A DNA stretch of 64,000 nucleotides from Chrysomallon squamiferum (GCA_012295275.1 CM022672.1:8308001-8372000); one strand, 5' to 3'. Shown: positions 15,301-32,070, numbered from the stretch's first letter. Made by a program: numbers and translations. The notes: generated by a model not told the origin, from the letters alone.

Positions 15301-16311
15301 ATTGAGTTTAGTGTAAGTAGAGCAAATATATTTACAATGTATGTTATTATTATTTAAAAAAAAAAAAAAAAAATTTAAAATTAAAATGTCATATTGTCAT
15401 TAAAGAAAGAAAGCACAAAAAAAAAAAAAAAAAAAAAAAATAATAATAATAATAATAATCTAAAAAACAAGGAAAATATACACATGACTGACATATATGA
15501 CCATTAACATTAAAATATTTCAGGTAACATAATGAATAATTTTTAAACAATACATTTTTTTAAATATTCCTTACATTTTCTCAGTAAACAAAAATAACTT
15601 GCTATGGTAATAATCTCATAGATTTCTAACAGTTTTCTAGATTAAACCTTTTAAATGATTTTTATCTGTTTCTTTTAGTTCTCATCACTGTTATTTTCTT
15701 ATGAATAATAATGCAATATTTGTCAGCATTATTTTTTAGTAATTATTTTTCTTCTTAATCTTATTTGTCATTTCTGAGTTTATTATTATTATTATTATTA
15801 TTTAAATTATTATTTAAAGATGACATTAATAATCAGATCTTATAAATATAATTGAATTAATGTTTGAGATTATTAATTTATGGTCATGTTCCTGAGTTTA
15901 ATAATATTATATTTACAGATTTATAAAATAAAAATTAAACGTTCTGTGTATTATTGTTTTAGCGTCATTTATTATTAATTTATATAAAATTATCACTCTA
16001 AGTCTAACATTACTGTCATTATCATTATTATGATTAAAATATCTGAATACAATTTATTAACTCTAGGACTTGAAAGACAAATGGTTAAATGTTGCAAGTA
16101 ATAATACTTAAGAGTATAATAGTGTACTATCTTACTTTTTTATTTTTAGTACTGTACCTAAGTAACCTATTAATAAAATTGCTAAGTATTACTATTACTA
16201 TTAGTTTTCATGTATGATAATAATTATAAACTCCACGTTACAAGTATGTCAAAAGTAACGTTTAATTTATTCATTAAAGTACTTAATATTTTGTCAATAA
16301 AAATCCTTCTA

Positions 16312-16353
<42 letters not shown>

Positions 16354-16469
16354 TCTTACTTTATTTTCTTCTTTTGAGATGGGGACATAGCACTTGTTGT
16401 TATAATAGTTGACAAATATATAATCACGAGAATAAACAGAACAACATCTGGGATTTTTTTTGACTCCAT
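2999..16469 (-). CDS. EDEM3: ER degradation-enhancing alpha-mannosidase-like protein 3 (GH47 domain + PA domain + long acidic tail, C-terminal RDEL)
   Basis: About 22-23 GT-AG exons: 16360-16469 ([29 protein letters not shown], signal peptide), 15204-15249 ([15 protein letters not shown]), ~14838-14938 ([16 protein letters not shown]), ~14435-14474, ~14028-14140 (FETNIRILG), ~13613-13766, ~13268-13397, ~12895-12980, ~12526-12622 (GIDSYYEY), ~12139-12264, ~11613-11692, ~11282-11365 ([10 protein letters not shown]), ~10303-10427, ~9890-10032 ([14 protein letters not shown]...FTTEAH), ~9107-9332, ~8557-8690, ~8307-8393, ~6613-6722 (GPAQFG), ~6090-6209 ([11 protein letters not shown]), ~5467-5512, ~4810-4986, then a terminal region 2999-4353 ending SSRDEL*. 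The frame is interrupted around 3310-3582. Confidence 0.95.
3050..3265 (-). repeat. Coding tandem repeat (21/24-nt units) encoding (L/M)RTGDD(Y)N-like peptides in the EDEM3 tail
   Basis: Translation [58 protein letters not shown]; repeated atcatcacctgt on the + strand. Confidence 0.85.
6308..6386. repeat. (CT)n microsatellite
   Basis: Pure dinucleotide run in an EDEM3 intron. Confidence 0.95.
9350..9765. repeat. Degenerate minisatellite, unit ~30-31 bp (ACATTACACTGTCAACATTTAAATAATTTCT), about a dozen copies
   Basis: Repeated ctgtcaacatttaaat(a/t)atttctacatta units inside an EDEM3 intron. Confidence 0.85.
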
Positions 16470-16591
16470 GGTACCGAACGGTACAAATTAAACCAAATAT
16501 TTAAACATGTAAACTGCATCGAAGACGTGGTGATGTTAATGAGCCAAAACTATAAACATCAAACTTTATTACTCTTCCATGTTGTTAAATT

Positions 16592-16614
16592 ATCTCGCGA
16601 GATGTGACGTGTCA
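16592..16614. promoter_or_regulatory. EDEM3 proximal promoter: palindrome ATCTCGCGAGAT next to a bZIP site TGACGTGTCA (UPRE/XBP1/CREB3-like)
   Basis: The motifs are directly visible about 125-145 bp upstream of the EDEM3 ATG, in a local CpG-rich patch. The factor assignments are inferred from known consensus sequences. Confidence 0.6.
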
Positions 16615-16685
16615 AACGAGAAATTAGATCTAAAATCCCTAGTCCCTATAATCTTTATTTTTTTTATGATTTATTATTGTTTGTA

Positions 16686-17215
16686 CAGTGGTACCTCGAC
16701 TTACCATGGATCATAAGAAAGTGAGTGCAAAGGACAGTGCTGAGAAGAAGAAGCGAATGATGTCCATTGAATTAAAGCTTGAATTCATAGAAAAACATGA
16801 GTGATGTGCGTATGTAGTCGACTTGGCTAGGCAGTACGAGTGTATTACTTCTACGATATGTACTATACTGAAGATCAAGGCTGTAACTCCAGCCAAAGGC
16901 AGTAAAACAATTTGTCTTATCTCCAAAATAAATATGCTTTACAAAACCAATTTATTTCTTTACATTATTTTTTATTTTGTTTTTTCACACAATATTTGTC
17001 ATTTATAAATACATTTTTTTTTTTAATTTAAAAACACGTGACAAATAATAATAATAATAATAACAAAAAAAAAAAAATAATGGGGTGGTTTTTGGCTGGA
17101 ACGGATTAATGGTATTTCAATTAATTTCAGGTGGGAAAATTGATTTGATATTCGAGAAAATTGAGATACGAGCTCGTCACGACATGAATTAAACACGTAA
17201 GTCAAAGTACCACTG
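16686..17215 (+). mobile_element. Internally deleted Tigger/pogo-family DNA transposon
   Basis: TIRs CAGTGGTACCTCGACTTAC / GTAAGTCAAAGTACCACTG with TA on both sides. A transposase N-terminal remnant starts at 16706 (MDHKKVSAKDSAEKKKRMMSIELKLEFIEKHE*CAYVVDLARQYECITSTICTILK), is CENP-B/psq-type HTH-like and carries an in-frame stop. Confidence 0.9.
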
Positions 17216-17535
17216 TATTATGAATTACACACAGACACCAACATATTTTATTTTATTTTATGTTTTATTATTTTTTATATTATGAATTACAGACAGACAC
17301 CAAAACATTTTAAATGCTTAGGTCCTGTTAACTTCTAAATCAATCTCTGATATTAAATAAAATAATGCTTATTTAATTTGATATATTTAGTAGGTTTTTT
17401 TTTTGTGAGGGTCTGTACATTGGAGATTCGCGTGTTTTGTTTTAACTGGTTTATGTGTAATTAAATTATTATGTTTTTGATTTTAAAAAATGTGTATATT
17501 TGGGTTGGTATTTTAGATCAAGACAGTCTGTTGTT

Positions 17536-17543
17536 ACTTCCGG
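17536..17543. promoter_or_regulatory. ETS-type site ACTTCCGG in the C6orf136 promoter
   Basis: Exact core motif about 80 bp upstream of the ATG at 17619, in a GC-richer patch. Confidence 0.45.
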
Positions 17544-17618
17544 GTTTTAACGTGGGGGGATAACGGGGGGCTTAAATCCGCTGTCATTTTGTGGGATAAC
17601 TCTGTTGAAAACCAAATA

Positions 17619-20600
17619 ATGGCATTTCACGTTCGCATTTCGAATAACAATTTGCTGAAATTATTAAAACTCAGACTTAAGCCATATGCAGCACAAGTTC
17701 ACGGTGAACACAGCCTGGATAAAACATGCCAGCGACTGCCAGGCGAAGAACTGACCGAGGTATGTTAATGACATCTAAAGGCCATTTACATAATTTTATT
17801 TTCAAAAACGTTCATCTTAAAGATCACGGTGTTACTATAAATATTTATTCTGAGATCGATATTTTATTATAAACAGTACACACCTTGTTGTAAATAAGTG
17901 AGCAATGTTGCATAAAGATAATTAAATGTCAAAAGAAAAAGTTGGAAAAATTACTTCATTTGCTAAAGTCCTTGTGAGGTGCACCTAAATGACATCTCGT
18001 TTTAAGAGTGTTGTAACTTAGTAAGAGACATCTGATTGTTTACACACCTGTATGTTAAACACACACTGACATTGTTACAATTTATTCACAATATTTTCCA
18101 CATGAGAAGCAGCAAATAAAGGGATTTTGTTTCTGAGCAACACTTTTGTCAAATTAGCGTATTCAGTAAGTAATGTGTAGCTGCAGTTTAGCACTGTAAG
18201 CATTAATTTATGTGTTGTGATTGGTTAGAGAAATATGCCAAACACTTGAGTCAGTTAATAATTAAAAAGGTAACTATTACAGATACAGTGATTCATGGCG
18301 TACCTTTTATTTCATGTGGCTAGCAAACAGTAAAATCAGTTAATTAATATTTTACCTGCACAAAAGCAAAATTTAGTTGCAGTAATTATGATGATGTTCA
18401 AGTTGGTAGTGAAAAAACACAAACAGTCATAAATTATCACCTACAGATGCTCTTCAAGGATTTTTCAAGATTACTAATATTCAACTATAACATTAACAAT
18501 GTAATTGTATGTTGTGATAAAACAAACCATAGTGTGGTATCAGACAACAAGCAACCACTTCTACCAGTATGAAATACCATAGCAACCACTTCTACAGTGC
18601 TAACTCTATCTTTCTTTTATGACATTTTATGAAGTTCTGCCACTTCAAAGATACTTTATATTAGTTAACAAGTAATCTTTATAAAATTATGTCCACTTTA
18701 CTACAAATAAACAGTTTTTGATAAAGATGTGTTTGTTACTGGCTGAAACTGAAAATAGACAGGCACTTTGTGAAAGAACAAAGTTTAAATAAAAGTAATA
18801 TCTGATGACCACAGTATTTTAGAAATATTTATTATTTATAAATTAATTTGTTTGTGTTTTTATAATAAAATTTGATGTTTGAAATGTTTTGAAAATTTTA
18901 TGTTTCGCTCTTTGTTTTATTTATTTATTTATTTAATTCTTTATATATATATATAATTATTTTTTTACTTACTTACCTAGGTATTTATTTGCTTAATTAC
19001 TTCCTTACTGATTTAGTTCTTTACTTACCTACTTATTTATTTATTTATTCATTTCAGACTGATATATGTCTGGGTGACACACAGAATGTTTATAAAGATG
19101 TACACCTGTACATGAAGAGTACACCAGGTTTGTCACTTCTGACAAATGATATACGTATCAGTGATGATCAAAAAACTTCCACCCACAGATGCTTTAGACA
19201 CTGTAGTCATACCAGTGGTGGTCACTACCCTCGACTATCTAGTAACTGTGATATCCGCCCCCAGTCGGCACTCATGCCAATGTCTCTGCTTGACGTTCAG
19301 AAAATCCTCTTCTCAGCAGACGTGCTAACACATCAAAGGATGACTAAAGGCTCTGACACACTAAATGACATTTTTAAACCCATCACCCACACAGGTGATG
19401 ATATATTCTTTGATGAAATCATTCCACGTCAGTCGAAATGCAGTCTGACACTGAAACAGGAGACACACATGACGGGTTTGGCAGATGCTTTATTAGAAAC
19501 AGAAAGTAAACAGATTACCTCCCCTGTCTCCTGGCAGGACGGTCTAGTCTTCTGTGAAGGGAGTCAGAGCAGAACTGAATCGGGTAAACAAAAGAAAAAA
19601 GAAAAAAGTCCTCTACCCACTGAAGAACAGCTAAGACTGGTTCATGAATATTTTGTCAACTATGTAAGTTTTATTAACTTCTTTTTTTTGTCTTTTTAAG
19701 TTTTTTTCTTAATTAAATATTATAATCCAATTAGACTGTCTATAGGGAAAACATTAAGAAACTATTAATAATTAGAAATTCATTATACTAGTTTAAAAAT
19801 ACATCTTTAACTACATTAAATTACCTTTGTTATAACTCATTATATCACTTTGAATCATTCAACTAACACCATACTGAAGTGCTTCGTCACACTACAAGCC
19901 CAATGTGTATCAAAATATATCTTTAGTTTAAAAACACATTCAGTTTAAGTGCAGCTTACATTATTATATAATATATTTATTTCTGTGTTGCTGTTTCTTA
20001 TAGTTACCACAGTTTTTTCGAGTAAAGCTGGACTTTCAGTGCTGCCACAATGACATCATATTTGAGAATAATTACTGGGGGAAAAACAAAGTTATTTGGT
20101 AAATTCATCTCATTCTTTTCAATATTTTTCAGGTCTAAAAGTGCTTTATGGAGTAATTAATAATAGTTTAACAAAGTTTAAAATGAAAAAAAAAATGAGA
20201 CTGATGTCTCAGCACATTTTACACTTATATTTTTTGCTGTAGTTTAAATGTAAAGGTTTAATGATGTTGGATTAACATTATATAAATAATAATCATCGTG
20301 CTCAACTCTTAACAAATTTTTCATGTAAATATTTAATTTTTATTTTGTTTCATTTATGCTTTTCATTGGGTAAATTTTTAATTTTTATTTTGTTTTGATT
20401 TTAGTTTTGAGTTTAGTTTAGTTTAGTTTAGTTTAGTTTAGTTTAGTTTAGTTTAGTTTAGTTTAGTTTAGTTTTAGTTATTTATTTATTTTGTTTTATT
20501 TTTATTTTTTTCAGTGGTATTACAGCATATGCTTATGAACTGAACAAGATCCGTTTTCTTGCTCTGTTGAAGTACACACGGGTTCACATGCACATTTTGA

Positions 20601-20816
20601 AAATAACAATCCACACAGAGGATGGAACAGTTCGAGTGCGCTGGAGAATCAGTGGTGTGCCACAGTTCCGCAGTCTGTTCATCTGGAAAAATCTCTTTTC
20701 AAAGGGCAAAGAGATCGAAGATGTGTGAGTAAATTATTACTTACATACTTTTTTGTCAGTAAATATGTTTTATATCTTGTGATAAATCTAAAAGTATTTT
20801 ATATAGTTATGTTGTA

Positions 20817-20855
<39 letters not shown>

Positions 20856-22720
20856 GCCCAGTTTTGCTTCAGTTTTACTTTTTCTTTTTTTTCTTTTTTT
20901 GTTATTGCCTAAAGAAATAAATGACTAGAAAGACTGAGTAATTAATGCAAAGCTTCAAGATCTAATTAAAAAATGAAGATTAACTGTGCAGATCCAGAGT
21001 GCCTCCAGTAAAAACAGTACCTGTTTAACCAGTGCTTACTTCTAATACTATATATTTTGTCAAATGTATTTTAAGTCTGTTTGATGTAAACATAAAACAT
21101 TTTTAATTATTTTTTAGATGGCATGATGGATTCTCCATATTTTATGTTGGAAATGATGGTCTCATTCAAAAACACAAGGTCGATCGTGTAAGTTTTTTAT
21201 TCTTAACTTGTAAAATCACCTTGTTGTAAGGGTTTCCAATAACCTAGATTCAAATTAATTTTCACAGAATTATTGCTGCTACAGACTAAATCTGTTTGTA
21301 TTGCATGTTATTGTACACATTTTGGAAATTCATTAGTGTTTTCCAGGACCTTAAAAGTTTTGGAAAATCAGGTTTTGTTACCTTGGCTGTGGAAAAGTTA
21401 TGGAAAATTATGTCCTTGCCGGAAATAAAAATGTCTGAAAAACTGGTGTGTTTCACCAGTATTTAGCCCTGACCCAGTGTCCTCTTTTAGCCAATTTAAT
21501 GAGATGCCGTTACAGGCTAGCCAATGAAAATGGTTCTGTTTTAGCCTGATCAAAAAAAATTAACTGAGGCTATCTGTGCTTGCACTTGTGCAAATCATCA
21601 TGAATTTGCCACAAGTTTGATTTGAATCACCACTGTGGCTGTTGACTCCATTTAAAATGAGGTTAACAAAGGAACTGTGCAACAATTCGCTGGCAAAAGC
21701 AGGTGAAAATAGAGCAGATCCTGATTATCACAGAGCACGATGTATGTTGTGTTTAAAAACATTTGATATTGGAATTATGGATGGGCCACAGTAATCAGTC
21801 ACCTGAAACATTCACTTGTCACATGAAACATGAGGACTGTTCACTTCTTCAATCCTGAAACAGCCAAACCAGGCTCCAGCAAATCCAATGCCGAGAGCAT
21901 GTCCACTCCAGGAATAAAACTGTATTTTAAAATACCAAAGTAAATTATATTAATTTTTTTTATTACTAGTAATCCTACATGTTTACCATGCAGTGTAGTC
22001 AAGGCAAAAGTTTTAACTCTGACAAACATGTCTAAAAACTGCAAACAACACTTTGTTGTGAATTGAGTTTGTTTGGAAATGGATTTGGAAATTTGGATTT
22101 CTAATCTATGGAAAGATCTGGAAAAGTTATGGACATTTTGACAGCCCAAGGTGTATGAACCCTGGTATGTATTTCAAATCATGGCTGATATCTAACCCAG
22201 CTGAAAAATACATAGATTGAATAACCAACTGACTGGCAGAAACAAAAGATATATACTACCTATATATATTAACTTTTTTTTAATTTTGTTTTATTTTGGG
22301 AGCCAAATTTGTATTGGTATAATTTTATATTCTATTACTGTTGGTGTTTTAAAATTCAGATCTTATAATTGTTGAAAAGCATTGTTAGTTTTACACATAA
22401 TGGTTTTGTTGGTATTATAGTTAAGATATATATTGTACAATTTTTATGTTGTGTATAATTCCTTAGTTATGGTAGTAGACAGTACTGTTGTTATCATTAC
22501 ATGTTATGATGTCATTTTTTTATGTCAATTTATGTGATACCATTATAATTGTTACAAAATTCCTTTTTTTTTTTAGATAATGCCAGATGAGGATCCTCAG
22601 CTAAGAAAAGCAAACACAGTCGCTGCAAGACTGGCCATTCTTTTAGGGTTGACACCAAAACCAAGCCTCACAGATTTCTCTTCTCTCTTCATGAAGAAAT
22701 CAGCTTTTGCTGCAAAGTAG
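17619..22720 (+). CDS. C6orf136: C6orf136 homologue (DUF2358-related uncharacterised protein, probable mitochondrial presequence)
   Basis: Six exons: 17619-17759 (MAFHVRISNNNLLKLLKLRLKPY), ~19058-19662 (...PTEEQLRLVHEYFVNY), ~20004-20098 (LPQFFRVKLDF...DIIFENNYWG), ~20515-20724 (HILKITIHTEDGTVRVRWRISG), ~21118-21187 (WHDGFSIFYVGNDGLIQKHKVDR), 22577-22720 (IMPDED...AARLAILLGL...AAK*). The motifs match my recollection of the family. Confidence 0.85.
20411..20475. repeat. (GTTTA)n pentanucleotide microsatellite
   Basis: About 12 perfect copies upstream of C6orf136 exon 4. Confidence 0.9.
21310..22164 (+). mobile_element. Decayed DNA transposon (hAT-like) in C6orf136 intron 5
   Basis: Subterminal GGAAAAGTTATGGA repeats occur near both ends and the right end reads ...GTGTATGAACCCTG. 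An internal fragment RARCMLCLKTFDIGIM (~21730-21780) resembles a transposase zinc finger. The left end is not well defined. Confidence 0.55.
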
Positions 22721-24608
22721 TCTGACAGTTGTGTCTTTTACAACGTAGACTGTCAGTGGTGTGTTTTTTTAACATCTTCAGAGCTTACTAGACCTTTCAG
22801 TGCATATTTTAAAATCCGGTGTGTACCATTTTAACAACTTGAGAACTAAATAGATGTTTCAATAAATATGTCCTCTACGTTTTTCATTTTTATTTTATAT
22901 TATAATTTTATTTATTATTATTTTCATCATTTTTTTTTTTTTTTTTTTTACATATTAACACCTCTGCAGGCAAGTACCATAATTTCTTATCAATGTGTTG
23001 TTTATCAATGTGTACGTCCACTGATTACCAACAGTCCTTATTAACAACTTTCTCCCAAATGGTTTAACTTATTATGACATGTTTGCGAAAATGTAATATA
23101 TTAATACTTTTACAGCCAACCTTCTTTATTTATTGTCATATGTACAGTTTTTAGAACATTATTAACACTTTCACAGCTAGGTTATAAATACATGTCTGAT
23201 CTGGGTATTAGAAAAAGACTCATATGGAAATGAACTGCCTTCAGAATACGAAGTTAAACCCTCATTGAGCCAATACAAAGTTGCAGCATGACAGAAATGA
23301 CAACTTGATTGATTTCTCATAACAGTAATGCCATGGGTTTTTTCTCCTACTGTGTCACCCACTAACAGTGTTAACATTGCCATCCTCTTCAAAAATTTAA
23401 TCAGGTAATCAAGTTTTGTAACAAGAAGAAAAAAAAAATGGGCCATAATGCTTTAAATATTTTTAGTGCACTATCAGATTTCTGTAAACTATATACCGTG
23501 TTTGTCTCATTAGATTTAAGTGTTTTCTTAGCATGTGGAAAAGATGAAATTTAATCTCACATTAACATTTCCACAATTAAATGTTCTAGTTTAGCACTTT
23601 TTAAAACTGAGATTTGGTCAACTGCATCATAATCAAGAGAACCAGTAGCTCCTTGTGATTCGTGTTTGAATACAGAATAAATATCTTTGCTGAATCAGGA
23701 TACTTTGTGTTTTTGCACAGTCATACTCAGTAGAAATTACACATTGTGACAGCATCAAGTTGTTGATTTATATATGTATTTAAAGTTTTATATCAGTACT
23801 TGAGAATAAAATCAGAGTTGTGAGAAACTGCTTTTGTTTATTATTCAATCTGCTTTTTTTGTTTTAAACATAACTGAGTACATAATTAAGAAGTATGTAT
23901 TTTACAATTTATTATAGAAATAACTGCCTCTTTGAAATAAAAATAATCATTAGTTGTTACAAAATAACATCTAAGAAAATTTCCAGCCAGTAACCCATTC
24001 TGTTTTGTGAAATACCAGCCAGTTAATATATTAATGTGAAACTTGTATCCAAAAAAGTAAATTTTCATATCTCACCCAAGTTTAAAAAAAAAAAAAAAAA
24101 AAAAAAAAGGGGGAGAAAAGTGATTACAGAACTGACATTTTTATCAAATGTCACCTTGACTCTGTACTGGATAAATAACACAAAGGCTCAGCCAGTTACA
24201 TTTATTTAAATAGCCTGCAATTCAAACAACTTCACCAAACTTTGCTACTGTGTTACAGCTTACTGGGTTACAATGTCTGACAGCATTACTTAAAAATTAA
24301 AATAATGAAATTAATAAAACGTTAATAATTTTATTTATCAAACTGTTTTTACAAGCAGTTTTCAATTAGCTGATTCTTATGTATTTATTTATTATGTAGC
24401 TAACTTTAAAAAAATGTCCACCATTAAGTGAAAATAACACTTTAAACAGAACAAAATAAACTGTCAGTAAATTTTAATGCCAGTGTATGAAACAATTCAA
24501 GCACATCTTCTCTGGATATGAAGGTGACAACTAACTATAATGTCCATGATGTGAGGCTGTGTCAGAATGGTTACAGGAGAATAAACTGAAGTGAAATGAG
24601 TTGTTTAT

Positions 24609-28375
<3,767 letters not shown>

Positions 28376-28527
28376 ATTTATTATTTTATTCGAAAGTTTT
28401 ATTTAAGGATTAATAACACTCTGTGGTTAAGAATTTAACTACTGCAACTAGTAAAGCAGTTTATTTTGTCATGGGCGCAGACATATTGGAAACCTCAATT
28501 ATCAGAGAACATGTTAATATATATTTT

Positions 28528-28535
28528 TATCGATA
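28528..28535. promoter_or_regulatory. DRE-like palindrome TATCGATA upstream of DUSP12
   Basis: Exact DREF-type motif about 150 bp upstream of the DUSP12 start. Function is inferred only. Confidence 0.35.
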
Positions 28536-28847
28536 CTAAATTTATGGATTATTTTATGTTCTCATCAAAGGGCGAAAAAAAGCCCTACTTCTTCTTTTTT
28601 TTTTTTTTTTTTTTTTCAATATATTTTTCTCTTTATTACATGAACATTCTGAAAACTACTGTCATATCAGCTTTACCATCCTTCATTCTAATCTTTGCAT
28701 AATAAAGCCGATGTTATTATTTTTAAAATAGATGGGGAGGGGAAAGGAACATCATTTTCTACTTTATTACTATTATTTGTTGTTGTGTTGTTGTTGTTGT
28801 TGTTTTGGGTTTTTTTTTTTTCATTGTTGTTTTGTGTGTTTTTTAAA

Positions 28848-28889
<42 letters not shown>

Positions 28890-29000
28890 GCTTTACTGTT
28901 ATGTTTGTTTTTATTTATTCGAAAGACTGCAACTAATCACTTAACAAAGAAAAGATATTCTAAATTTTTTATATTTTTATATTTTTTATTTATTTTATTT

Positions 29001-29050
<50 letters not shown>

Positions 29051-30315
29051 TTTATTACAATAACAGATATTCATTATGTTTACCGATAATGGTGTACGAG
29101 TTATCAAATGACTTCAATGACTAATTTTCAACTTCATTACCGGGAAAATGTTAAGACACGTGTTGTTATTTTTTAACCATGTCACCGTGGCATGGTCTGT
29201 ATAACAAGTACTATCAAACGTAATGTCGTGTGCATGAATAAATGTGTATTTCTAACCTAAAATCTTAGCTCTTTCTCACACACACACAAAAAAAAAAAAA
29301 AAAAAGAAGAAGAAAAGAGCACAACAACATCCTTTAAAAAAAGGATAAGAAGGTGGAGTCTAACTATTATATAAATGAATTGACCTTGAGACGTAACACT
29401 AGTCAATGCAAACACGTTAAAAAAAAAAAAAAAAACCAGTGTCACTGGTTTATTGTTAATTCGACATCACTCCAGAGTTACCATGCAATCTCGCAGATTA
29501 ATCTTCCCTAATGTTCTAATTTTCCGTTCCAACCAGTTTACATGGTAACCTGTCAGGACGAAGAAGCACAATAAATGGATGAGAGTAAATTGTGGAGTAC
29601 TAAATATTAATATAATATCGAATACTGAAGTACGCACACTATAATGATATCCCTTTTTAAGAATAACAATTCAAAAAGAAAGAATGAAATAAATAACAAA
29701 AACAAGACACGTAATTCTGAATGTGTTAAATTTATTCGTAGATTTTGTTGACTCGTCACAGTAAGTTCATATAGGCCTTGGTTGTTTGTTTTTGAAACAA
29801 GTGAAAACAAATTCCTCGAATGTCTGTCTATTTGATAAAATTATAGGTCAGTTGACCCTAATATAGTCAGTGTTTTATTGATACTTTAAGCACACAGGCC
29901 AAAGTCCAAGTCACATACCAACTGTTATTTTCACAGAACTGGTCAAGCGGCATTCCGAAATAAAAATAAGGGGTACATATCAAGATTTAAATAGAGAAAA
30001 TGCTATGTAATACATATCAATCTTCTCTTATTTCATTCTCATTATACTGTCGCTTACATCTCTCTCTCTCTCTCAGTGTATATATTTCATTAAAATATCT
30101 TCTGCCCTAAAGTAAAGGAAGAAGGAAACAAAAACAAAAAAATAAATATTAAATTGTCATTAATTGTTCGTATTTTTAAATGTAATGTTTCCTGGTAATA
30201 TTCAGCAAATAATAACATATTCATCTTCTTTTTTTCTTTTTTTTTTCTATTTTCTTTTTTTCTGTCTGAAACAGCGATATATATATATATATAAAAACAA
30301 CAAAAAAACACAAGA

Positions 30316-30319
<4 letters not shown>

Positions 30320-30379
<60 letters not shown>
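30320..30379. repeat. (GA)n microsatellite
   Basis: Pure dinucleotide run. Confidence 0.95.
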
Positions 30380-30382
<3 letters not shown>

Positions 30383-30732
30383 CATGACGTATTTGAAATG
30401 AAACATAAATGGAGTATGTGAGCATTCTGGTATTTTAGAAAAAATGCGCTAACATAAAAATATCTCACACAGATTTATAATTATCTATTCACAAATTCAA
30501 TGAGGCAGATTTAGAATTTTGGAAAGGGTTATGAATTTCAAGACAGAATTTTGTATGATCTTCATTTTAAAGAACCAATATTTGACCAAAAATAGAAATT
30601 AAGACCAGGGTTAAAAATATCTGAAAGGAAATTCCATTTAATCCAGTTATTCAAATTATTTATTTAGTTAGTTAGTTAGTTATGTGAGGTTTTAATTATC
30701 AATTTGTTTGAACAATTTATTTATTTATCATA

Positions 30733-30958
30733 CAGGGTGGCCCCAAAAGTAGGTTTACAGTTATTAATCTATCGTTTATATGCTTGAAGTTACTTGCTAA
30801 GTACAATTAACATAAAATATTCCTCAGATCTAACTTGGATTTACACTTTTTCCTTGCTGCTTGTAATTTATTTCATTTCTGTTTAATGCTTGCAACATGC
30901 TTATATTTTAAAATAAATTGCCTATGTAATAATTGTAAACCTACTTTTGGGCCCCCTG
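30733..30958. mobile_element. Tc1/mariner-type MITE
   Basis: TIRs of about 30 bp (CAGGGTGGCCCCAAAAGTAGGTTTACAGTTATT / AATAATTGTAAACCTACTTTTGGGCCCCCTG) flanked by TA on both sides. Confidence 0.9.
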
Positions 30959-32030
30959 TATTTTGTTGTTGTTCTTTTTTGTTTGTTTTCTTTCTTTCAA
31001 TTCCTTTTTTTTATAATTTTTATTTTATTTTTTTGTTTTCTCACCTCATTTACCAGGAGCCAGCAGTCACTACAGAAATTAATATTCTTGTGAATTATAT
31101 TTGATAGAAATAGATATTTGAATAGCTGAAAGCAGGGTGTGGTTTTAATAAATGCAATTTATATTCATTTATGCAGACTGCTGTGTAATAGGTGTTAGAA
31201 ACGTCTGGTTACATCTGTGTGTCTTTTGTATAGAATATCTAAGTAGTTATTAAATACGGTTTGCGCAGAGTGTGTTTGACATGTCATGATTTTTATATAT
31301 ATATTAGAACTCAGACTACAATATGTATAATGACGAGAGGAAAAAATAACTAACTACAACACAATCAAAAAAACATCTTTAAACTGTCCCTTAGGCAGTA
31401 AACTATTTCCAGTGAAAATAGGGTATGAATATAAATCCTGTATAAACTATTTTACAGTATGTGCCTGTATAATTATCTACATGAGTGTATGTGTATATAC
31501 TTGAGGGTGAGTCTACGTGCGTGAAATTGTCATAATTCTAATGTGTGTATTAGGTTCTTTTCTTTTCATTAAAAATAATAATAAACAGTTCGGTGTTTGG
31601 TAGCTACTAAATTTGTTAATATTATATAAATATTATGACTGACTATTTAAGCTATGAAGTCAGTTGATTTATAAGAATAACATAGACTGTACTGTATTGT
31701 TATTTTATCACAGCAGCTATGTTAGCAATGTTTTGTTATTGTTATGTTTATGTTACGAATACACAGTGTGTAAATTTCACAATAGATGCGTTGGCTCGTA
31801 GAATCGATACTACTCAACGCACCCATTGCACTCTTTCCCGCACTACGACAACGTTTCAAAATCCCTGGTATGTTACAACAAACAAACTTATAAAATTGTT
31901 TTCCTGTTAATTAATCAAAACGAGTAAGTCTATGAATGGATTAAGTACAAACAAAATCAAAACCACTCGCACACACAATAAATAAATAAATAAATAAATA
32001 TTTAAAAATGTGTAAAAATAAATTAACTAA

Positions 32031-32070
<40 letters not shown>

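Noticed and set aside
31824-31846. CATTGCACTCTTTCCCG resembling a miR-92/25 mature sequence
   Set aside because: There is no complementary 5' arm at the right distance on the + strand, and the 3' half diverges from the family.
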